Source: Chloroflexota bacterium
Lineage (GTDB): Bacteria > Chloroflexota > Dormibacteria > CF-121
Assembly: GCA_005889345.1 (NCBI GenBank)
Contig: VBFR01000183.1
Coordinates: 1,315-65,314 of the forward strand
Direction: 5' to 3'
DNA: 64,000 bases
Part shown: in pieces, positions 8,788 through 18,373 of the stretch
How the letters are laid out: the number at the start of each line of letters is the position of its first letter
Numbering within the stretch: the first letter of the stretch is position 1
The notes under the pieces: model-generated
Seen by the model: the letters and a program-made list of their open reading frames with translations, nothing else
Database searches by the model: none
Told to the model about the DNA's origin: nothing
Translations under genes and position numbers: made by a program

Positions 8788-10695
8788 TCAGCCGGCCGAA
8801 ACCGCGATTTGGTCGAAGGCCGGGGAGTTCGCGAACTGATCGAATGAATAGCTGATCCGCGGTGGTACGACTTGAACCACGTTCTCGACAGCGTACGGTG
8901 CGATGGGCACGACGTTCTCCATGAGGTACATGTCGAGCTCGGTCCAACACTGCCTCTGTCGATCGCTACTCAGCAAACACTCGTGAATTCGGCTATCGAC
9001 GCCCGGAACGCTCGACACGCCATAGCCCCATTGGCGCAGTTGGGCGGGCGTTGCTCCGATCAGCGTATGGCGACACCAGGGGTTGCAGGCGGTGACCCGC
9101 GTTTCAGCTGTCGCTGGGGCGGTGAAAGCCGGACTCAAAACCGACGATGCGCTCAAGTAGCTCTTTCCCCCACCCATCGTGAGCACGAGAGGCACTTTGC
9201 GTGTGGGGTCGCTGGCCAAACCCTGGACGTCCTTGGGGGTCTGGACGTCAAGGACAATGCCGATTTGGTTGAGGTCGTCGGCGATGATCGATCCCATCTG
9301 AAGAAATACCGGCCCTCCCTGGGCGGCAACCGAATTGATCGCGAGTGCGAGAACGTGCTTGCATTCCGGCGCATCGCACATTCCGTTGTGGTCGCGGTCG
9401 TAGCGAGACTGTCTTATCTCCTGCATCGCCAGGTCCAGGTTGCCCCGGTAATCGGCGGTCCGGTAGGGGTCGTAGCTGGCCAGGGCGTTATTCTCCAGAC
9501 TGTCCGGGGCGATGTGCGTGGCGATCGTGGCGCCCAGGCCGCCACCGTAGCTGTCGACGAGGGCTCGCTTGTTGATGACGTAATTCACCGCCTTGCGGAC
9601 ATGGATATCGTCGAAGGGCGGAACCGCGAGGTTCATGCTGATATACCTGAAGCTGTCCCTTGAGCTCACCTTCACCTCGCCCAGCGCTCGGTTGGCGCGC
9701 ACCTTGTCGACCAGCCACGATTGCACCTGGAACGGAGGGCTTGGCAGCCAGACGAGATCGGCCTGGCGGCTTTCCCACAGGTGAGCCGCCTCATCGCGCG
9801 ACATGCCGATCGTGATCCGCATCTCATCGAGGTAGGCCGGTCGCAGCGGATCCGTTGCCGGCTTCCACGACGGATTGCGCACCAGCGTCAGGGACGAACC
9901 CGGGACAAAGCCGGAGACCGGTCTCTGCTTGTCTGGGGCGAGCTTGAAGTCGAGTTGCGGGCTGCCCTTGATCATGTAGGGCCCGGACGCGACCAGGAAG
10001 CGCCCAAAACCGCTATCGTGTCCGGTCGCCACGCCGTACGCGGCGGCTGCGTCAGGGGAAGGCGGGATGGGGGCACTGTTTGAAAGGGTAAAGCGATAGG
10101 GCAGGTCACTGGCCGGCTGATTGAGCCGAACCCTCAGGGTGTACGGGTTGGGGGTCTCGAGACCGGAGATGGTGGTCGTCTTCCCTTCACGGTACTGGTC
10201 AAACCCGTCGATGACGGAGTACACCCACGCCTGGCCGTTCGGGACGCGGGCCTCTCGCTGCATGGCCCTGACGAAGTCGGCCGCGAGGATTTCCCGATCG
10301 ATCGGCGGCGCATACTTGATTCCAGGGCGAATCCGGAATGTCCACGTCAGGGAATCCGCTGAGACGTCCGGCATGGCGAGCGCCAGGTCGGGGTGGAGTT
10401 CGGCGCCACCGTCCTGCGCCGGACGACCTGGGTAGGAAAAGAGCGTCCGTAGCAAGCAGCAGCGAAACAGTTCGGCAGAGTCGAGCCAGGTGTTGACCTG
10501 AGGGTCCAGGCCGTCCGCTTTTGGTGTGGGAAAGGTGAGCTCCGAGCCATTCCAGCTCGGCATCACCACCGTCAATACTCCGCCGCGAGCAGGGCCGGGG
10601 GTCGGCCGCGAGCCCGTTGCAGGGGCCGGATCACAGGCTGAGGCGACGACGGCCAGTACGCCGGCGAGCAGTGCCACCCTCGGGCTAGCTGCCAT
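8788..10695 (-). CDS. ABC transporter substrate-binding lipoprotein, family 5 (peptide/nickel, DppA/OppA-like)
   Basis: Lipoprotein signal MAASPRVALLAGVLAVVASAC and SBP_bac_5-like architecture. The start is set at 10695 because the upstream minus-strand gene ends at 10685. No permease or ATPase genes are nearby. Confidence 0.75.
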   Translation of the reverse strand: MAASPRVALLAGVLAVVASACDPAPATGSRPTPGPARGGVLTVVMPSWNGSELTFPTPKADGLDPQVNTWLDSAELFRCCLLRTLFSYPGRPAQDGGAELHPDLALAMPDVSADSLTWTFRIRPGIKYAPPIDREILAADFVRAMQREARVPNGQAWVYSVIDGFDQYREGKTTTISGLETPNPYTLRVRLNQPASDLPYRFTLSNSAPIPPSPDAAAAYGVATGHDSGFGRFLVASGPYMIKGSPQLDFKLAPDKQRPVSGFVPGSSLTLVRNPSWKPATDPLRPAYLDEMRITIGMSRDEAAHLWESRQADLVWLPSPPFQVQSWLVDKVRANRALGEVKVSSRDSFRYISMNLAVPPFDDIHVRKAVNYVINKRALVDSYGGGLGATIATHIAPDSLENNALASYDPYRTADYRGNLDLAMQEIRQSRYDRDHNGMCDAPECKHVLALAINSVAAQGGPVFLQMGSIIADDLNQIGIVLDVQTPKDVQGLASDPTRKVPLVLTMGGGKSYLSASSVLSPAFTAPATAETRVTACNPWCRHTLIGATPAQLRQWGYGVSSVPGVDSRIHECLLSSDRQRQCWTELDMYLMENVVPIAPYAVENVVQVVPPRISYSFDQFANSPAFDQIAVSAG

Positions 10696-11923
10696 GGACG
10701 GCAATCCATACCGACTGATCGTCGGCTGATAACGCATCGACCCTGCCTCCCACGGCGATCGACGACATGACTCGGTTGCTCCGCTGGTCGATGCGCAGGA
10801 TCCGACCGGCCGGTCCCTCCGCCACCCACACGTCATTGCGCGTCACGCTGACCTCCGTTGGATGCGCGTCGATCGGAATCTCGAGAGGCTGGTTGGTGAC
10901 CGGGTCGATGCGGACCACGAGGTCTGCCGATTCGCTCACGACCCAGACTCCACTTGGCCCGGCCGCGATGGCCGTCGGCGCTTCTCGCAGGCCGATGGTC
11001 GCGACCACGCGGGAGGACTGGGGATCGATTCGTGACACCGTGCCCTCGACCCCGTTGGCCACCCAGACTCCAGAGGCGTCCACGGCGATCGCTTCCGGCC
11101 CATCGCCCACCGCGATGCGATTCGTCACCATGCTCGTCGAGGGGTCGACTCGGTAGACGAGATCCTTGTTTTTATCGGTGACCCAGATGGAATTCCAGCC
11201 GTAGGCGATCCCCTGCGGGGCCACGCCGCTGCCCAGCGAAACGGGCTGGCCAAACTGGTTCGTCTTCGGATCAAATGGCTCGAGCGCGGTGTCGCCGAAG
11301 GCCGCGGCGATCCAGACCAGGCCACCGCCGACCGTGATGCCGACCGGTGGTGCGGGAACACCGTAGCTGCCGAGCACCGCTGCGGTCTTGGGGTCGATGC
11401 GAGTCAGGACCTTGTCTTCGTAACTCACGCTCCACATCCCGCCCATGCCGACCGCCAATGTGCTGGCTCGGGTCGACAGCGGCGACGACCAGCGGGTCGG
11501 CTGGCCACTCCCGGCGTCGACCTGGAGGACTCGACCTCGAGTTGGGGATGCCGGTACCGGTGCGTGACTGCGGAGGGAGACGGCGACGAGCCCACTCGCC
11601 GCCAGAACCGTGGCTGCGGCGAGCCCCAATACGGCCAGCCTGAGGGAGGGGCGCAATCGTTGGCGCTTGGTCGAGTCGTCCGGAAGCGCAGAGAATGGCG
11701 CAGCGTCGATTGGTCGTGGCCGGGGCTGGTCGAGTGCCATCCATGCGGCGATCTGGCTGCGCGTATGAAATCCGAGCTTGTTGCGGATCTGCTCGACATG
11801 GAACTCGGCAGTGCGCTCCGAGATAAATAGCTTGGCAGCGATTTGCCGGTTGGTCAGCCCCAGGGCGACGAGCTCCGCAACTTCACGTTCACGATGGGTG
11901 AGCGACAACGTCGCTGTGTTCAC
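10685..11923 (-). CDS. membrane-spanning one-component regulator: N-terminal LuxR-type HTH, one TM helix, extracytoplasmic YVTN/NHL-type beta-propeller
   Basis: HTH LTHREREVAELVALGLTNRQIAAKLFISERTAEFHVEQIRNKLG; TM helix LRLAVLGLAAATVLAASGLVAV; repeated blades (DASGVWVAN, GPSGVWVVSE, DQSVWIA). Confidence 0.7.
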   Translation of the reverse strand: MNTATLSLTHREREVAELVALGLTNRQIAAKLFISERTAEFHVEQIRNKLGFHTRSQIAAWMALDQPRPRPIDAAPFSALPDDSTKRQRLRPSLRLAVLGLAAATVLAASGLVAVSLRSHAPVPASPTRGRVLQVDAGSGQPTRWSSPLSTRASTLAVGMGGMWSVSYEDKVLTRIDPKTAAVLGSYGVPAPPVGITVGGGLVWIAAAFGDTALEPFDPKTNQFGQPVSLGSGVAPQGIAYGWNSIWVTDKNKDLVYRVDPSTSMVTNRIAVGDGPEAIAVDASGVWVANGVEGTVSRIDPQSSRVVATIGLREAPTAIAAGPSGVWVVSESADLVVRIDPVTNQPLEIPIDAHPTEVSVTRNDVWVAEGPAGRILRIDQRSNRVMSSIAVGGRVDALSADDQSVWIAVHGS

Positions 11924-12125
11924 AGCGGAGGCTTGGCGGTCGCGGCCTGGTCGGGCGCCCTCCTCACATAGACCAGCTGTCCGGCCATTCTCCCAGAATC
12001 ACGGGCAAGAAAGCAGGTACCAAATGCCGGTACTGGAGCCGGTACTTATCCCAGTGACGCCACCCCAACTCCGCCGTAGGCTGCGAGGCGGCATTTGCCG
12101 GATCTCTTGCGGAGAAGGAGTCGTC

Positions 12126-12992
12126 ATGCATAAGGGACTGATCGATCGTCACCCAACCGTCCGAAACCTTGGTCTTGCCTTGTTGGCGAGCCTGTTGAGC
12201 CTGGCGGCGGGTCCGAGGGCTCAGGCCCAGGATCAACAAGACCGGGGGTGTTCACAGCAAAGCCTGCACGGCGCTTACGGCTACAACTACGGGGGACCCG
12301 ACGGCCCCGCGATCCTCGTTACCACTACAACGGGCAAATTCTGGAGCGGCCCGGTAGCCTCGGCGGTGGGTTTGATGACGTTTGATGGAGTGGGCGGCCT
12401 CCGCGCGCAGGAGACGCGCACGTCCACTGGCCCGGTCATCCGCCGGTCTGGCACCGGAACGTACTCGGTGGGGGTGAGCAACTTTGCAGTACCGTCCCGG
12501 GCGGAGTGCATGGGCTCCGCCACGCTCGGCGGTGATTTCGGCGGCCTGACCTTTGATTTCATGATCGTGCCCGGTTCCAAAGGTCGCGAGTTTTCGCTGA
12601 TCATCACCAACCCGGGCAAGGTTCAAACCGGCGTCGCCCGAGAGACCGGCGACGAGCCATGTAGCGACGCCAGCCTCGAGGGGACGTATCGGGTCCAGAG
12701 TGCCGGGCTCAGCCTGATGTTTGGGCCGACCGCCGCCGTTGGCATGAGAATCCTCGATGGTGCCGGGAACCTGACGTGGGCAGAGGACACGCTCAGCCGC
12801 AATGGTCAGATCATGCACCGAGTGGGTCGGTCGGCGACCTATAGCGTGCTGGCCGACTGCACCATCAGCGAAGTGTTTGCCGACGGGCCGACGTTCGAAG
12901 GCGTTGTCGTCGCCGAAGGTCGCGAGGCCTACCTTGTGCGGACTGGGCCGGGTAACACCGGACCGATTCCCGTTTCTTACAAGCGCTGGTGA
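12126..12992 (+). CDS. secreted protein with two internal ~130-aa repeats, unknown function
   Basis: AAGGAG RBS 8 nt upstream; signal peptide LGLALLASLLSLAAGPRAQA; repeat units end GTYSV and ATYSV. Confidence 0.55.
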   Translation: MHKGLIDRHPTVRNLGLALLASLLSLAAGPRAQAQDQQDRGCSQQSLHGAYGYNYGGPDGPAILVTTTTGKFWSGPVASAVGLMTFDGVGGLRAQETRTSTGPVIRRSGTGTYSVGVSNFAVPSRAECMGSATLGGDFGGLTFDFMIVPGSKGREFSLIITNPGKVQTGVARETGDEPCSDASLEGTYRVQSAGLSLMFGPTAAVGMRILDGAGNLTWAEDTLSRNGQIMHRVGRSATYSVLADCTISEVFADGPTFEGVVVAEGREAYLVRTGPGNTGPIPVSYKRW

Positions 12993-12995
12993 GTT

Positions 12996-13796
12996 ATGGA
13001 GCTCAGGGCGTATGATCGGCCGGTGTTTCGCCGTACTTTTGCTGCCTCGGGTGCAGCGTTAGCCGCTGCCGCCGCACTGCTCATGAGTCAAGTGACGGTC
13101 TTCGCCTTTACCAGCGGCAGTATTGGCTACGACATCGGCTATCCGCAGTGCGGCGTCCCGGTATCGTCGTATCCGACGGCCAGTTTTGGGATCGTGGGCG
13201 TCAACGCTGGCTACCCCTTCACCTACTACAACCAGTGCCTGGCGTACGAGTACGCGAACACGCCCAATCCGTCCCTCTACATCAACACCGGCTACGATCC
13301 GAGCTACACCAATATCGACGCCACCCATTCAACGAGCCAGTGCGTGACGGCGTCGGCTTCGATTATTGGGAGTACGGACCAGCAGCGCGCATGGGCCGTC
13401 GGCTGTAGCGAGGCGTCACGCTCCCTGGCCTACGCCGCGTCCCAGGGAGCGTCCGCCCCGGCATCCTTATGGCTCGACGTCGAAACGGCGAACAGCTGGT
13501 GCGGGCAGTCCGGGACTGCGTGCACAGACCTCAGCCTGAATCAATACACGCTCCAGGGGCTCGTCGATACGCTTCACGCGGGCTCGTCGGCTCAGGTCGG
13601 CACCTACTCGACTGGGTATCAATGGAATGCGATCGTGGGCTCGCTCCCGGTCTCTGGCATCCAGTCGGACTGGGTGGCAACGGGCACGACGTCGGCGAAG
13701 CGCGCTCGTGCGTACTGCTCGAGAACCTTTAACGGGGCGCCGGTTCAGCTGGCGCAGTACTCGTCTCGGGGCTTCGATATGGACTACGCGTGTTGA
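12996..13796 (+). CDS. Tat-secreted DUF1906 (Rv2525c-like, glycoside-hydrolase-like) protein
   Basis: Twin-arginine-like FRRTFAASGAALAAAAALL, then GYDIGYPQCG...Cys-rich pattern recalled as DUF1906. Confidence 0.5.
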   Translation: MELRAYDRPVFRRTFAASGAALAAAAALLMSQVTVFAFTSGSIGYDIGYPQCGVPVSSYPTASFGIVGVNAGYPFTYYNQCLAYEYANTPNPSLYINTGYDPSYTNIDATHSTSQCVTASASIIGSTDQQRAWAVGCSEASRSLAYAASQGASAPASLWLDVETANSWCGQSGTACTDLSLNQYTLQGLVDTLHAGSSAQVGTYSTGYQWNAIVGSLPVSGIQSDWVATGTTSAKRARAYCSRTFNGAPVQLAQYSSRGFDMDYAC

Positions 13797-15474
13797 CGGT
13801 GGCGACCGGCCCTCGCTGACCTCCGCCGCGGATGTCATCGTCGTCGGCGCGGGACTGGCCGGGCTGGTCGCGACGGCGGAATTGGCCGACGCCGGGCAGC
13901 GGGTCATTCTGGTCGAGCAGGAACCCGAGCCCTGGCTGGGCGGGCAGGCCTTCTGGTCGTTTGGCGGCATCTTTCTCGTCAACTCGCCGGAGCAGCGGCG
14001 GCTCGGAGTTCACGATTCGCATGAGCGGGCGTTGAAGGACTGGATGGTGACGGCCGGATTCGATCGGCCGGAAGACGAGTGGCCGAGGAAGTGGGCCGAG
14101 GCGTACGTGACGTTCGCCGCCGGCGAAAAACGATCGTGGCTGCGTTCCCAGGGCGTCCGCTTCTTTCCCATCGTCGGCTGGGCCGAGCGAGGAGGCTCGC
14201 TACGTGGTGGGCCCGGGAACTCGGTGCCGCGCTTCCATGTGACGTGGGGCACGGGCCCAGGCGTCGTGGCGCCCTTCGAGCGTCGCGTTCGCGAAGCCGT
14301 GGCCCGTGGCCTCGTCACCGTCAAGTTCCGTCATCGCGTCGACGCCCTAACGGTTCGCGGCGGGTCCGTCGATGGCGTGCGTGGCGCCATCCTCGAACCG
14401 AGCGCCGTCGATCGAGGTCGACCGAGTTCGCGGGTGGAGGTCGGGGACTTTGAGCTCAATGCGTCAGCCGTGATCGTGACGTCGGGCGGGCTGGGCGGGA
14501 ACCATGAGCTGGTGCGAAAGAACTGGCCGGCCCGGCTGGGCGATCCGCCACGCGAGATGCTGAGCGGGGTGCCGGCTCATGTCGACGGCCGCATGCTCGG
14601 CATCACGGAAACTGCCGGCGGGACGGTGATCAACCGTGATCGCATGTGGCATTACGTGGAAGGGATCCAGAACTGGAAACCGATCTGGCCGAACCACGGC
14701 ATCCGGATCCTCCCGGGACCCTCGTCCATGTGGTTCGACGCAGCGGGGAATCGCCTGCCCGCGCCGCTCTTTCCCGGGTTCGACACGCTCGGCACGCTCG
14801 AGCACCTGGCGCGAACGGGCTTCGACTATTCGTGGTTTGTGCTGACGCAGCGAATCATCAAGCGCGAGTTCGCGCTTTCCGGGTCCGAGCAGAATCCCGA
14901 CCTGACGAACAAGGACCTTCGCCTGCTGCTGCAGCGGGTCATCTCGAAGTCCGGTCCGGCACCGGTTGAAGCCTTCAAGGAAAGGGGCACCGACTTCGTC
15001 GTCTCGAGCAACCTCGGCGACCTGGTTCGCGGAATGAACGCCATGACCGACGAGCCGCGCCTCGATCCCCTGAAGCTGGAGCGCGAGATCGCCGCGCGTG
15101 ATCGCGAGGTCGGCAACGGGATGACCAAGGACGCGCAGATCATCGCGATCCGTTCGGCGCGACGGTACCTCGGCGACCGGCTGATCCGGGTCGCGACGCC
15201 GCATCGCCTGCTGGATCCGGCGGCCGGCCCGCTGATCGCGGTTCGCCTGCGAATCTTGACGCGCAAGGCGCTGGGCGGCCTTGAGACCGACCTGTCCGGG
15301 CGCGTTCTGCGATCCGACGGAACGCCGCTACCCGGCCTCTATGCGGCGGGTGAGGTTGCCGGCTTCGGCGGAGGAGGGATGCACGGATACCGATCGTTGG
15401 AGGGCACCTTCCTGGGCGGCTGCCTGTTCTCCGGCCGCACCGCCGGCCGGGCCGTCGTGGCGGCTCTCGGCTGA
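13708..15474 (+). CDS. FAD-dependent oxidoreductase (FAD-binding dehydrogenase, COG3573/KsdD-like)
   Basis: Rossmann DVIVVGAGLAGLVATAELADAGQRVILVEQE. The start is uncertain: the track ORF begins at 13627, GTG 13708 is the nearest start upstream of the FAD motif, and it overlaps the upstream gene. Confidence 0.7.
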   Translation: MRTAREPLTGRRFSWRSTRLGASIWTTRVDGGDRPSLTSAADVIVVGAGLAGLVATAELADAGQRVILVEQEPEPWLGGQAFWSFGGIFLVNSPEQRRLGVHDSHERALKDWMVTAGFDRPEDEWPRKWAEAYVTFAAGEKRSWLRSQGVRFFPIVGWAERGGSLRGGPGNSVPRFHVTWGTGPGVVAPFERRVREAVARGLVTVKFRHRVDALTVRGGSVDGVRGAILEPSAVDRGRPSSRVEVGDFELNASAVIVTSGGLGGNHELVRKNWPARLGDPPREMLSGVPAHVDGRMLGITETAGGTVINRDRMWHYVEGIQNWKPIWPNHGIRILPGPSSMWFDAAGNRLPAPLFPGFDTLGTLEHLARTGFDYSWFVLTQRIIKREFALSGSEQNPDLTNKDLRLLLQRVISKSGPAPVEAFKERGTDFVVSSNLGDLVRGMNAMTDEPRLDPLKLEREIAARDREVGNGMTKDAQIIAIRSARRYLGDRLIRVATPHRLLDPAAGPLIAVRLRILTRKALGGLETDLSGRVLRSDGTPLPGLYAAGEVAGFGGGGMHGYRSLEGTFLGGCLFSGRTAGRAVVAALG

Positions 15475-15488
15475 TCCGTCGATCCGGT

Positions 15489-16241
15489 TCACGACGTCGG
15501 GGCTGGCTGCGATGCTCCCCCGATCCTCGTCAACTCCTCGTCCCGCTGAGAGAACAGGGCTGTGCGCAAGTCCCGGAGGGCCCGGACAGCGTCACCGCTG
15601 AAGGCTGGTCCGTGCATGCACGCCAGCACGCCAGGCTGCAATGCTTCCAAGCGATCAAAGACCCGTGCGGTGTGCTCGCTCACGGGGATGTACGTGGGCA
15701 ACTGTTTGTGAGAGGCCATCGTGCGTTCAACCATGTCGCCGCTGGTCATCGAGGTTTTCTCGCCGAGCTGGGTGAAAAGGTCGCTTGCCATCAGGGTGCC
15801 GGTTGTCTCCTCGAACGCCAGGATGGCATCCCAGCAGTGGGGGACCTGAGGTGTGATCAGGAATCGTAGCTTGTGCCGTCCAAGATCGAGGACCTCACCG
15901 TCGCCCATGGTCTTGGCCGGACGGATCGCAAAGTCGTTGACATTGACCGCGACACCGAGTTCGCTATGGACGGGTTCGGCATGCGGAGCTATCTGGAGAA
16001 ACTCATTGAGCGCTCCGGACTCGTCCGCTTCCAGGTGCGACCAGGAAATGTACCGCAGGCGGCTTGGGTCGATCACCTGGCGGACCGCCTCCAGGGTCAA
16101 GGGAAAGAGAAGTCGCTGCCCGGTGTGAAATAGCAGCGGTTTCTCATCCGCGATCAAGAACTGGTTGAAGGTGATGTTGGCTTCGGGGATGAAGGTTGCG
16201 ATCCGGAAGATACCGTCGGCGATTTCGTGCACATCGGCCAT
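15489..16241 (-). CDS. MBL-fold metallo-hydrolase (HxExDE variant, ODP/flavodiiron-like N-domain)
   Basis: SWSHLEADESG metal motif and beta-lactamase fold pattern. Confidence 0.6.
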   Translation of the reverse strand: MADVHEIADGIFRIATFIPEANITFNQFLIADEKPLLFHTGQRLLFPLTLEAVRQVIDPSRLRYISWSHLEADESGALNEFLQIAPHAEPVHSELGVAVNVNDFAIRPAKTMGDGEVLDLGRHKLRFLITPQVPHCWDAILAFEETTGTLMASDLFTQLGEKTSMTSGDMVERTMASHKQLPTYIPVSEHTARVFDRLEALQPGVLACMHGPAFSGDAVRALRDLRTALFSQRDEELTRIGGASQPAPTS

Positions 16242-16254
16242 TTGTTGTTCCCTC

Positions 16255-16851
16255 CTAGCGAGCTGCTGATCGTCGGTTCAACCACGTCACGATGACCTCG
16301 GTGATCAGTCGCGCGGCAGCCTCGGTCGAAAGGCCGGACCGCGTTAGCGACCGCCATACGCCGAAATCGGTCAGGGCCAGCGCTGCATCGAGAGCGTGGC
16401 GCCGCCGACGCAACGGCCCGAGCGTCTCGTCCACGAGAGCCTTCAGTCCAGCCTCGCGACGGCTGAGGATCGTATCGAGAACCGGAAGTTGGTGGCGGTC
16501 GATGGCAGCTCTAGGAGTCCACGGGGCTGTTCGTCCGTAGAAAGCGAACAGCTCCCTCACGAATTGGCCGATACGGTCCTCAGGGCGCGCCAGTCCGACG
16601 AGAATGCTGGGTCCGGGAGGCTTCGTGCGGAGCGCATTCTCGGAGGTACACGCCGGCACCAGCTGATCAAGACTGGGAAAATGCCGGTATACCGTGCCGA
16701 GCGCGACATCAGCGCGCTTCGCAATGTCGGGCCAGCTCGTGCCAAGGACGCCTTTTTCGGCATGGAGCGCGATTGCGGCGTCCACGATCCGTTTGCGCGT
16801 CTCCTCATTCGCGGCGGCCCGGCGGGTCATTCGGTAGATCCTCGGCGCCAT
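16255..16851 (-). CDS. TetR/AcrR family transcriptional regulator
   Basis: N-terminal HTH AAIALHAEKGVLGTSWPDIAKRADVALGTVYRHF. Confidence 0.8.
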   Translation of the reverse strand: MAPRIYRMTRRAAANEETRKRIVDAAIALHAEKGVLGTSWPDIAKRADVALGTVYRHFPSLDQLVPACTSENALRTKPPGPSILVGLARPEDRIGQFVRELFAFYGRTAPWTPRAAIDRHQLPVLDTILSRREAGLKALVDETLGPLRRRRHALDAALALTDFGVWRSLTRSGLSTEAAARLITEVIVTWLNRRSAAR

Positions 16852-16936
16852 GATTAATTAGATGAATGCTACATCCAATATTAAAGCCACGTCAAGCGAG
16901 GATGGTCGAGTCGAGGGGATCGAGTTCGGCCTGGGC

Positions 16937-18373
16937 CTAGAGGACGAGAGCCATTGGGCTCTGCAGGAGGCGCTTGACTTCCTGCAGGAACTGCGCGGCA
17001 GTTACGCCATAGAAGACCCGATGGTCGACGGAGAGCGTGACGCGCATCCGCTTGCCGGGGACGATCTGGCCGTCCTTCACCACCGGCTTGTCCTCGATCG
17101 CGCCGATCGCCAGGATGCCGGAATCGGGCGGGTTGATGATGGCCGTGAACTGATCGACGTCGTACATGCCCAGGTTCGAGATGCTGAACGTGTTGCCGAG
17201 GTAGTCCTGCGCTGACGCCTTGTTGCTGCGAGCGCGCTCGATCAGCTGCTTGGACTCTTTGGCGATGTCTTTGAGCGACTTCTGGTCGGCGTTGCGGAGG
17301 ACCGGCACGATCAACCGATCCGGAAGACCGACCGCGATCCCGATATTGATGTCACGCTTGCGCTCGATCCGGCCGTCGGCCCACGAGGCGTTGACTTCCG
17401 GGAACTTCGTCAGCGCCAGCGCGACCGCCTTGACGACCAGGTCGTTGAGGCTGATCGCTTCGGCCTTGTCGACCGCCTCGTTGAACATCTGCCGGAGGCG
17501 GACGGCATCGTCCATCGCGATCTCCGACGTGACGTAGAAATGCGGCGCCGAGAACGCGCTCTGGGCCAGACGCATCGCCACGGTCGTTTGCAACTTGGAG
17601 AGCTCGACGACCTCGACCTCGCCGGTGGGACGCGCGGTCGGCTGGTGCGCCTCGCGCGTGGGAGCGGCAGCGGCTTGCGGTTGGGTCTTCTGCTGGGCCG
17701 CGGCCTCAACGTCCTCTTTCGTGATCCGTCCGCCGGGGCCTGAGCCCTGCACGCGGCGCAGGTCGACGCCGTGCTCTTCGGCGAGGCGCCGGGCGACGGG
17801 GGAGACGCGCTGCCGCTCGCCATTCTCCTGCTCGGCGGGACGGCGAATCACATTGAGGGCAGCCTGCCCGGCCGCACCGACCTCGGTGCGGTCATCGGGT
17901 CCGCCGTGGGGATACTGCTCACCGCCGGCGTCAGCCGCGGCCTGGGCCGTGGCGGCGACCGCCTTGTCGGCCTGGGCAACGTGCGCCTCAGGTTTGGTCG
18001 CTTGTGGTTTCGGCGCGTCCGCAGCAGCTGGCTGCGCGCCCTGCTTCGGCTCGACGGCCGGCTGAGCAGCCTGCTTCGGCGCGGCGGCGTCTGCCTGACC
18101 TTGCCGCGCTGGCGTCTTTTCCGCTGCCGGTGCCGAGGTGCCGTCGCCGATTTCCGCAATCACGGCGCCAATCGGTGCGCTCTCGCCCTCGGGGACCACG
18201 ATCTTGCTCAGCTTGCCGCTTGCGTAGGCCTCGACCTCGATGTTGGCCTTGTCGCTCTCGATCTCGACCAGCGGCTCGCCCTTCTTGACCTCCTCGCCTT
18301 CTTTCTTCAGCCAGCGCAGGATCTTGCCGGTCTCCATTGAGTCCGACAGCCGCGGCATCTGGACGCTGGCCAT
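16937..18373 (-). CDS. 2-oxoacid (pyruvate) dehydrogenase complex E2, dihydrolipoamide acyltransferase
   Basis: Lipoyl domain (IESDKANIEVEA), E3-binding domain (VSPVARRLAEEHGVDLRRVQGSGPGGRI) and catalytic DHRVFYG. Confidence 0.9.
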   Translation of the reverse strand: MASVQMPRLSDSMETGKILRWLKKEGEEVKKGEPLVEIESDKANIEVEAYASGKLSKIVVPEGESAPIGAVIAEIGDGTSAPAAEKTPARQGQADAAAPKQAAQPAVEPKQGAQPAAADAPKPQATKPEAHVAQADKAVAATAQAAADAGGEQYPHGGPDDRTEVGAAGQAALNVIRRPAEQENGERQRVSPVARRLAEEHGVDLRRVQGSGPGGRITKEDVEAAAQQKTQPQAAAAPTREAHQPTARPTGEVEVVELSKLQTTVAMRLAQSAFSAPHFYVTSEIAMDDAVRLRQMFNEAVDKAEAISLNDLVVKAVALALTKFPEVNASWADGRIERKRDINIGIAVGLPDRLIVPVLRNADQKSLKDIAKESKQLIERARSNKASAQDYLGNTFSISNLGMYDVDQFTAIINPPDSGILAIGAIEDKPVVKDGQIVPGKRMRVTLSVDHRVFYGVTAAQFLQEVKRLLQSPMALVL

